Below, piece by piece: positions 50,578 to 60,000 of a stretch of 64,000 bases of DNA. Each line of letters begins with the position of its first letter. Position 1 is the stretch's first letter. The stretch is from Trypanosoma brucei (taxonomy: Eukaryota). The translations under genes were made by a program, and so were the position numbers. The notes under the pieces were generated by a model. The model was not told where the DNA came from. It saw only the letters and a list, made by a program, of their open reading frames with translations, and searched no databases. The stretch lies in contig CP000067.1 in NCBI GenBank assembly GCA_000002445.1, forward strand, positions 1,152,001-1,216,000. The letters are read 5' to 3'.

Positions 50578-50978
50578 TTGTGAAACAAGAAAATCAGGAG
50601 ATAAACTTCCTTCCCTCTTTTCTCACTCAATTCCATCCATTCACCCCCTTTCACTTCACTTGTGTCGGTTCATCAACATGACGTTCACTACAATATGGCG
50701 CACTGTATGCCACATGAACGCAGAAAGCGAAAAAAAGAAAACAGCAGGCAAAAGAACATTGACAAGTAGCCCGTCCCTCCCCATTTTGTCTCTTTTCTCC
50801 TTACATTTCTTTTCCTGCACGTATTCTCCCTTCTCCCACCCCGCTCTTGCGGTAATTGCGTTATTGCTGCAACACCCTTTCTGAACTCTACTGCACCCTT
50901 CCTCCCATAGAAAGCAAAATGATGTGCTTATATATTTATTTGTGTGTCTAATTGTTTACATGATTTGGAAGGTGACAG

Positions 50979-51007
50979 CGTGTGTGTGTGTTTGTCTGTG
51001 TGTGTTT
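50979..51007. repeat. (GT)n microsatellite
   Basis: gtgtgtgtgtgtttgtctgtgtgtgtttatc. Confidence 0.85.
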
Positions 51008-51923
51008 ATCTTGGGGGTGAGGGAAAATAGATGAGAAAAAAATTCACAACACCTCAAACAAACTTGTGGCCTCGTCAACCTTCCCGCAAAACTCCTTCGA
51101 CTCCTTTTCTTATTTCCCTCTGATTTTCCACCTGTCGTTTTCACGGTGAGAAGAGGGAGGGAGGCGTGCACTTTACTCAATGTTAAGTTAAGTACAAGTG
51201 TTTTCACACCACCATCCATCCCCTCATCACCGATGCACATGCACAGACGTTGTAAAGTGGGCAGGTTAAAAGAGGAGAGTGGAGAGTCGTGACTGCCCAA
51301 CAGAAGGGTGAAAGTAGTGGGAAGGGAATTGCCACGCCACCAGCAATAACAGTAACAATGACGAACAACAATGAGACAATATAATAATGATGACGGTGGT
51401 GGAGGCAGATAGACTGCCGGTGACCGTAAAGTTATCACAATCCGTTACGAAAACCATAGGGGGGAGGGTGGGTGGGGAATGAGAAGCTCCTCTTCAGCCG
51501 GAGCGTATACGCGATCCGCTCGCCAGCAGTTACATAGCACCAGTACATGTAAATACAAATGTATAAGCTGAGGTGTGCTTCTGTGCATGACTATCAGTAT
51601 ACGAATCTTGCTGCTCATAATTCCAGCCCTTTTAAACATAGTGCACGCGGCTGCGATATGTAAATATGAATAAATAAATATATCTAAATGTGTACATCTG
51701 CCGTGACATTCCTCCGCTCCCTCGTTTCTTTACATCCCTAACTCACTTCATTCCTAAAATTTGGCAACAGTGCTGCTAACCACGCACGGCTTCACTACAT
51801 TGCCCTCCCGCATTTCTTCATGCTTTGTTCATGTTCCTGCTACCCGTGCTGCAGCACTCGTTGACTGACCACACACATAAACCGCTATGGCCTCACCGGC
51901 TCAATTCAGTTGCTATCCTCGAG

Positions 51924-54767
51924 TCATCCCTCATGTTGCCGAAGGGCCTCACTGAGTGCATTCTCCAACTTGAGCAAAAGCGCGGTGCGAACTCTACGGA
52001 TTTCAAGCCGCCGCCGTCTCCCCTCCGCACTGCGTTCCTTTTGCTCACGCAGCTGCATGCGGAGTCGCTCAATTTCCCCTTCACATATTGCCTCACGCTG
52101 TCGTTGTCGCTGTAGGTCTCGAATAAACTCAGTGCCGAGGTTATTCCCATCCATGCAACTGCGGTGGCAATGGGAACCTTCCAGTGCGAGCTTCAGTTGG
52201 TACTCCGTGATTTCCAGCTTTTGCCAGACGCTGCGCAGTTCCGCCTGTAGTTGGCGCACAAGCTGCTGAGCCTCGTTCTTGGCGTGCATTTCATTGTTAA
52301 GCCGCTCTTCCGCCTCGCTAACCGCGCATTGTTGCACCTCCAAACTTTGTTGCATGTCGTCTAAGCGTCGCTGCAGGAATACCATTTCCCCCAAACTGCT
52401 GGCGTTATGGCCGAGGTTAGACGCAGCTAAATTGCAAGGGCGAACGGTTGAATCATAAGGAGTTTCTGGTGACTCATTTCCGCTGCCGCTCGCCGATGTA
52501 CAACGAGTGCCATCGTCAGAAGTAGCTCCCATCATGACGGACTCCAGATGTTGAATGCGCGTGTGAGCGGCGCGCAGCTGCTGTTCCAATGCCATTATTG
52601 TCATAATTTCCCCTGAGGCAATCGCTGTAGAGGCATCCTCATCGGTGTTGGCTATGTTGTGATTTAATCTCCTTGCAATGCTCCTTCGTGGCGAGGGGGG
52701 GCCGTCGTAAGCCTCGTACCTTTTCAAGCGTTGTTGAAGTTCATCCCGCTCTTTCCTCAGCTTGTTAACCTCATCCTGCGTTGCTGCTAGTTCATCCCGC
52801 ATCAGCACGAGCTCTACCTCCCCCGGTTGGTTGCTGCATATGTCGCTTAGTTGCTCCTCCAGTTGGTGGACGCGCAGAAGTAGTTTTTCCCTGTCCCGGA
52901 ATACACGAGTAGTCCCCAAGAGACTTACGCCACCGATGGAATTCACAACCTCTGTTGAGCAGCCAAGGCCGTCGCGTGCGGTACTTCCTTCGAGATGGGA
53001 ACCTGGGCCAACCCGTGGGCTGTGACATAACGAGGAGGTCTTAAGCCGCTCAAAACGCTCACGCAGCGACCGTGGTCCCTGCTCAACTTGGTTAAACGAT
53101 GACATGCAAGCCTTAAAGCTGAGTGTTGGTCTCGCAGGATCCGCTTTTAATGACCCTAACCCCCCAGCCGCTAAGGCCGCTTTTGCTCCGAAACGAGGAG
53201 CAGTCGGGCAGCTGTTCTGTAGCCGTCTATTCCGACTCACTTCCTTTCCCGAAGTGCGTGCGGCTCCGAATCGCCCGGCAGCCGCACCCCCTACTTTTTC
53301 CGCCAACTCCCCAGTTTCTCTAATACCACCCGCAACGCTGCCTCTTGGACTGTACAAACTTCCTGGGTTTAAACTTGTGCGATAGTGCCCTTTCGCCCCA
53401 GCCGCTGCTACGTCGGCAACGAGTGCATCAATCGCCCTTATTTCCTCCTGCGCGAGCTGAACATACTCCTCGTTCTCCTCCAGCTCGCGCAGCAGTGCCA
53501 CTCTGTCGGTAACTGGTGTAATATCTGCAGCTCTTGACGCGTCTCTAAGTGTTTTCAACCTGCCAGCAGCCCGGCTTGCGTCAAGCATTGCCTTCACCCA
53601 CTGATGAAGTGGTCCCAAAGTCGGGTGCACACGTGACACACGGAGGTGAGTCCACTGTCGCAAGAATTGTTCAAGCTCCTCTAAGGGCGAGCACCCATTT
53701 ATCTGCGAATCACGCCCCGTCAATTCTGCAATGTTCAGGTATGCGGTCAGTGGCTCGCACCTTATGAGTTGCTGAGGGAGACTCGGCCATCCCCCACTTC
53801 CAAAACTTAGCCTCATGCGTCTAATTCGAGGGAACCCTAGTAATATCAACATAGCGTCCATAACAGCGGCCACCGCCGGTGGTGGTTGCCGAAATCTACG
53901 GATATCCGCCCACAGTGATTGGGGAACAGCAGAAAGGGCGGCATTTGCCAGAGTCAGCTGCAACCTGAACTCTATATACTCCTCCTCAGCAGCATGCAAG
54001 AACAGCAGCGCTTCCTCTTTTCCACTGGTGGTGTCATAATCTTCGGCAAATGTTGGTCTCGCTGTCATTTCATCGTTGTCAACACTTCCGGTAGCACCAT
54101 CACCAACCGCAGCGGCGGAAACAGCAGTAGCGGAGAGAGAATTACTACCCTCACCTGTGGTATTCCTTTGACCAGAGCGGAAGGATTGCGTGAGCAGTTG
54201 CAGTTCCGTAATGCGAGAGAGGGATGTATCAACTCCGTAGCGCAGTTGCTCTCGCCGGCGGCGTAGCTCCTCCACGTCTTTCAGGGTGAGATTCTCCTCT
54301 CTCTTCTTTACAGCGACCCCCGGTTCTCCCTTTGGGTCATTTGCAATATCAGCGGTACTTGCACTAACGATGCTGTTATCGCTATTGTTGTTTCCGGCGT
54401 TGTCGTCCTTGACATTACCACATGTGCTATTCCTCTCTGGAGTCCAGTGATTTTGACCCCGACACGCCTGCTGTCGCTGCGAACGAGCTCTTGGACTCGG
54501 TGTTCTGCAGGAGCGTGGCATTACATCCCTTGTCAACCTGCGTCGTGTTCCCATACAACTATTAGGGCTCCTAGTTCTGATTCCTACGCAACTGAAGGCT
54601 CTGCGGGCAGAGATGGGGCTACTTTTTGTATCTGGAGTTCTGCTACCACGAGTCCCAACACCACTGCGGCGACACGTATCAGGTCCATCCAGAATGTGAA
54701 ACCCTCTTCGTCCGCTCCGACACCGCAAGCTCATTCCGTCACGCTGCTGAGCGCACCGCGTGCTCAT
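51924..54767 (-). CDS. hypothetical protein, 947 aa, Arg/Ser-rich N-terminal region followed by extended coiled-coil segments
   Basis: A single long ORF. Heptad-like, charged coiled-coil stretches include LEEQLSDICSNQPGEVELVLMRDELAATQDEVNKLRKERDELQQRLKRYEA and the C-terminal QLVRQLQAELRSVWQKLEITEYQLKLALE...EIERLRMQLREQKERSAEGRRRRLEIRR. No enzymatic motif was recognised. A purine-rich tract on the plus strand (minus-strand pyrimidine tract) sits upstream at about 54840-54925. Confidence 0.7.
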   Translation of the reverse strand: MSTRCAQQRDGMSLRCRSGRRGFHILDGPDTCRRSGVGTRGSRTPDTKSSPISARRAFSCVGIRTRSPNSCMGTRRRLTRDVMPRSCRTPSPRARSQRQQACRGQNHWTPERNSTCGNVKDDNAGNNNSDNSIVSASTADIANDPKGEPGVAVKKREENLTLKDVEELRRRREQLRYGVDTSLSRITELQLLTQSFRSGQRNTTGEGSNSLSATAVSAAAVGDGATGSVDNDEMTARPTFAEDYDTTSGKEEALLFLHAAEEEYIEFRLQLTLANAALSAVPQSLWADIRRFRQPPPAVAAVMDAMLILLGFPRIRRMRLSFGSGGWPSLPQQLIRCEPLTAYLNIAELTGRDSQINGCSPLEELEQFLRQWTHLRVSRVHPTLGPLHQWVKAMLDASRAAGRLKTLRDASRAADITPVTDRVALLRELEENEEYVQLAQEEIRAIDALVADVAAAGAKGHYRTSLNPGSLYSPRGSVAGGIRETGELAEKVGGAAAGRFGAARTSGKEVSRNRRLQNSCPTAPRFGAKAALAAGGLGSLKADPARPTLSFKACMSSFNQVEQGPRSLRERFERLKTSSLCHSPRVGPGSHLEGSTARDGLGCSTEVVNSIGGVSLLGTTRVFRDREKLLLRVHQLEEQLSDICSNQPGEVELVLMRDELAATQDEVNKLRKERDELQQRLKRYEAYDGPPSPRRSIARRLNHNIANTDEDASTAIASGEIMTIMALEQQLRAAHTRIQHLESVMMGATSDDGTRCTSASGSGNESPETPYDSTVRPCNLAASNLGHNASSLGEMVFLQRRLDDMQQSLEVQQCAVSEAEERLNNEMHAKNEAQQLVRQLQAELRSVWQKLEITEYQLKLALEGSHCHRSCMDGNNLGTEFIRDLQRQRQREAICEGEIERLRMQLREQKERSAEGRRRRLEIRRVRTALLLKLENALSEALRQHEG

Positions 54768-56289
54768 TTGCTAATATGCTGCAACGCGAAAGAGAGGAAG
54801 TGTCTGTGCAGCGAGCGTGAACGTTCAGGGTAGCGCGACACAATACAGGGAATGCGACAGAGAAAATGAAATGATAAAAAGAAAAAAAAAGAGTAATATA
54901 AAATAGAGATTTGCTTGTAACAGCCGACGATGAAGTGGAAGAAGCGCCTAAGGACAACATAAAGTGGTCAACGTGTTAAAATGAACGCGCAAGCACAAGA
55001 CTGTGCAAACGGAAGTGTGTTTTTCTCCGGAACACCAACTAATATGCAGCAAAAAAAAAAAACATTCAAAACGAACATCTTGCTGCTACAATCATGACAC
55101 ACCTCAAACAAGACAGACAAAATCAAACAATAACTGCTGTTACTACCATCACTACTACCGGCATGACGATGTTGTATTCAAAAGGGATGAGGAGGAACCT
55201 ACTCGCTCCGCCCCTGCTGTCTGACTTTACCCTTTATACCGTTACGTGCCTTCGATCCGTGCAAAACATTGGACTCGTTCCCTGGATTTTCCCTCCATTC
55301 CTTCCCTTATTTCCGTCTGGTCTTCCTTTCTTAGAGTTGATTTCAGATTTACCCCTGGTTACCCATTCGACCCTCCCCCTGTTTTCGTGTAGCCGCGACG
55401 CGTACCGTTGGCAGAAATCCCGCAACGTGAGGCTTCGCTTTTAGAAGCATTAACACATGGGTGTGGAGAAATTAAACACTACAACGGCAGTAACCAGAGT
55501 TGCTATTTATCATTATTATTGTACAGTTTCAAGTCATTGTAGGGACCTCTAACCGTGAGTCGTGTGAACAAAAGAGATGATCTGCGATTTGAAGGTTCAA
55601 AAAACGAAGTAAATGGAAGTAACAGAAAGAATTGGGATGGAAAGCCAAACAAACCACAGTACAGACCTCACGCAACCACCATGTGAAACAAAACACGGGA
55701 TTTTGTCATGTTCACTTTGGTGTAACGCCGCTTTGTCTCTTTGCATAATCCAAATATTCCCCAGGTGTGGTTTGTGGCAGTCCACAATTCCCTTCAATCT
55801 TCGCACACATACAATAGTTTGAAGGAAAATCCCCCGACGCATTATTGTCTCCGCATGCATAACAACCCAAAACACGTAGTCCTAATATAATACAGCCTCA
55901 TATGTAAAGGAGAGGCAGAACTATCATGGAACCTTTAGTATACACGTGTGACTTCGCCAATCCGTCCCAACGGAGCACATCAACATAGTTCATCGTATGA
56001 AGAGAGTCGCTGAACCACTCGGTTCCTTTCCATTTTCCTTTTCTTACTTTTGCACCTGAACTTACGACTTGTTTCCCAACTTGTGCTCGCACCATAATCT
56101 GAAAGGACAACACAGAACGTTATTGGAGGAAATACCATTTCAGTCCCACATGTTAACGACTTCCACATGTATTCAAACCACAGTTAGAGGGATGTTTTAC
56201 TTGCCAATGCGTTGCACAGCGTCCCCAAGACGGCTGCTCTTTCTTCAAGTGAATACACCATAGGGCAGTGAGAAGAATCCTGAGGCGAA

Positions 56290-56311
56290 AAATAATAATA
56301 ATAATAATAAT
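56290..56311. repeat. (AAT)n microsatellite; a second (AAT)n lies at 56561-56578
   Basis: aataataataataataataatc. Confidence 0.9.
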
Positions 56312-57002
56312 CGAAGAAAACGATTACATATTCTCTTAAAATAAATTATCGAAAACCACATGCCGGAAGAAAACGACCCGATGGTGCGATGGGTGAAAGT
56401 GTTTAATGTAGATACACCATTATGTGTCAAAGAAAAAACACATGGCCAAACAACCGCAGCACCGACCAATCCCTACCATCCCCACGAAAAGAGGCACAAG
56501 AGAGTAACAAAAGCGCGCACACACACAAAAAAAAAAGAAGCGAAGGTGGCAGACGGACAAAATAATAATAATAATAACAATCACGCATCACGAGATATTC
56601 CCACGCCCCCCCCCAAAAAAAACACATACACACACAAACGTGCCATGTAGTTCCGTCATTTTCTCAAATGATTATTCGCTCACCGGGAGAATAAAAAAAA
56701 ACAAACAAACCGTGACAACGAAGTGCAGAGGCTGTCACTCTGCCAGCTAACTGGAACACTTGCAAGTGCATGCACGTATTAGGTTTTAAAGTAAAGAAGG
56801 GGAATAACAGAACAATAAACTGATACGACAGAGGAAGCAAAAATAACAAAAAGACACTCCAGCGGTTCTGCATCGTTCTGATCCCAGGGGGGGGGGTTTC
56901 ACATAAACACTCAGAAAAAAAAATGGATGTTGTCTACAACGGTAATAAAATTGTTGACGAGAAAAAAAAAGGAAGACCGTGACTGACCCGGATATTAAGC
57001 CG

Positions 57003-57020
57003 ATATATATATATATATAT
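57003..57020. repeat. (AT)n microsatellite in the 3' flank of the ABC gene; a G11 run lies nearby at 56887-56897
   Basis: atatatatatatatatat. Confidence 0.85.
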
Positions 57021-57089
57021 GTACTAACTCGCGTATGTAAGAGAGCTGAAAAGGGATAAGAGACTTGCACACCCTGATCAACACTCCCA

Positions 57090-60000
57090 TTAACGGGGAA
57101 ACGAGTCTCTCTCTGTGGCTTCCATGAAGTTCTTGAGTGCATTTTCCCCCATTGCTGCAACCATCCGGGAGAAGCGAGAGTTTTCATCCATCACCAAATC
57201 TCTTGGGCGTCCAGTCTCCACCACACGTCCGTCCTTCAGTAGTAACAACAAGTCATAGCTGGCCAACGTGTGAAGACGGTGGGCAACGGTTATAACTGTG
57301 TGCGTGACGAAGGTATGACGAATGGCATACTGCAGCTGACGATCCAGTGCGGGATCGATGTTTGCGGTGGCCTCATCCATGAGAACAAACCTACTGTCGC
57401 GGCGAAGCAACGCCCGGGCCATGCATAGTAACTGCCGTTGTCCGACACTGAAGTTGGCTCCACAATCTACTACACGACTTCTCAAACCCTCCGCACTTGA
57501 GGTAATACGGTCCTGCATGCCAACAAGGCGGAGTGTCTCAAAAATCTCCTCGTCACTGCTGGTGTGAAGAGGATCGAGGTTATCACGCAGCGTGCCGTCA
57601 AACAGCACCGGGTCTTGAGGAATCACCGAAAACAGCTGACGGAGCTTACGCAGTCGGTAGGACCGGATGGGATGACCTTCAATGAGGATGTTACCTCCCT
57701 CAATATCCACCATGCGGAGTAGCGTGAGGAGCAACGACGACTTGCCACTACCAGTGCGACCAATGACGCCAACCTTTTGCCCAGTCGTAATCCTAAAGGT
57801 TAGATCCCGCAACACGAGCGGTTGGCCTTGGCGGTACCGCATCGATACATTGCAGAACTCCACGGCTGATGATGTTGTATAATGAAAATGACGGGATGGA
57901 ACGTGGGCAGTTGATGGTTTGTCTGTGCCGCCATTCTCTTCATCGCTCTCAGCACCGCCTGTCACACGGATTGAAACACATGACCCCCTCGCGGCCTCAA
58001 AGTCGTGCCCATTCGGACCACTCATCCCATTAGTGGGACGATTTACTTCAGCACCGTCCGTTCTGTTTTTCCCAGCACTTGCAACACCCTTCTTATTTTT
58101 CTTCCTTTCATTTTTCTCCATTTGTCTGTCACGCTCCTCTTGCTTCTTAATTGCCTTTTCCATATCCTCCATCAGGTCTTCGTGTTCAATGTTGTGGGCG
58201 TAGTGCAGTACCCGCTCCACACTGTTCATATTCGCTTCCACAGTGGCAGCCTGGCCCACCATTGATGTGAGAATCGTGCTGATGTTCACCGCCATCGTCA
58301 AACTCAGCGAAAGGAGCCCGACATCGACGGTACCGAACTGCAACACCAGATAGACACCGAGTCCGGAAATGGCAGTGAGCACCACAGTGACAAGAAGATC
58401 AATGCGGACCGCTAACCAGCAGTTGCAAACCACCTCCACATATGAGCATGCCGACACAACATCGACACGGCGAAGAGCTTCCGTGAGAAAGGAAGGGGTC
58501 TTCCCAAAAGCATCCATGCAGCTGCGACCCGCTAGCATCTCACCGAGAATTGAAAAAACGGGTGAGCTCACGCGATTTGTCACGCGCCGCAACTCACGGT
58601 TAGCGTTGTTGTAAAACAACATCAACCTGTAATAGATAAATCCGCAAGGAATGATGGCCGCGATGACAAGATACTGCGAGGCAACCATCACAGCAACAGA
58701 AGAGGTGAGAGATAAAGCACACTGTACAAGGTATACGATACTATCGGGAATAATTTCGTCGATGTTGGTCATATCTTTAGAGAAGCGGTTAATCACGCGA
58801 CCAAGCGGTGTTGTGTCGAAAAACGACATGGGGGCTGCCACGACGGAGCGCAGCAACCTCTCAAAAAGCCTGTAGGAGCCTGCACGAAGAACCCCATAAC
58901 CGGTAGCCCACCGCAGTGGGGAACAAAGTACGCTGGCGAATACGAGTCCCCCGTACACAAACAGGTACGTATTAACGGGCAAGTTAAACGTCTTCATTGT
59001 AAAAAATGAGAGCCATAGAAAGGGCGAAACCATCACCACCTCAGTCAGCACAAAAAGAATAAGTAGAGGCACACACGTCTTGGCGCCACCGCTGGCCGCT
59101 GCGTACCGCGCATAAACAGCAAATGGCACAGAACCTGTGGCTACCTCTTCGTCTGTCATAAGCTTCCCAGAAACTTCTTTTTTCCCATCCTCCAATGGAC
59201 TCAGTTTTTGGAGTTTGGTGTGTTTCCCATTCGCGGCTCCAGTTTCCGCGGGGCTGTCGTCACAGTAGTCGTCGATAAGGGGACTTTCGCAAGCTGCGAC
59301 GTCACCGCCATTTCCATGACTCGTAGTTTCAACATTATTTAAAGGGTCCCATGTAGTTACCCCGTTATCGCGCTCTCCAGGTCCCATCGTGTCATCACGC
59401 TCCCGTGGCATCTCGGTAGATATGCCTTCGTGGGTCTCATCACAAGCACTGTTATCATTCGCACTTTGACCGTCGTTTACGTCGTCATCCCCGCGATGGG
59501 AGTCTCCGGCTGCTTCCCCGGTGAAGGTTTTGTATTCCTCATAGTTCCCGGTAAAAACAGTGGTTCCTTCGCTGCCTAAAACCACAATCAAATCTGCGTG
59601 CCGAAGGACATGCAGCTGATGGGTAGCAAGTACCCGCGTGGTGCCGCTTAGCTCACCCAGCAAACAGTCCTGCAATACCTTTTCGCCAACATGGACGTCC
59701 AATGCGGAAAGGGGGTCGTCCAGAAGGTATACGTCACGCTCAGCATACAAAGCGCGGGCGAGCCCCACACGTGCCTTTTGCCCACCACTGAGGTTCACAC
59801 CATTTTCCCCAATCTCCGTTTCCACACCGTTGGCCAGCAATTCCAAGTCACAATCGAGCTGTGCGCAGCGGAGCGCCCGGCGGAAACGGGCCTCGTCCAT
59901 GTCGCTGAAGAATAGAATATTTTCCCTGAGCGTTGCGTTCATTATCCATGGCTGCTGCGGGACGTATGCCACCGTCGCTGGAGCCCTCAAGGTGCCGCTC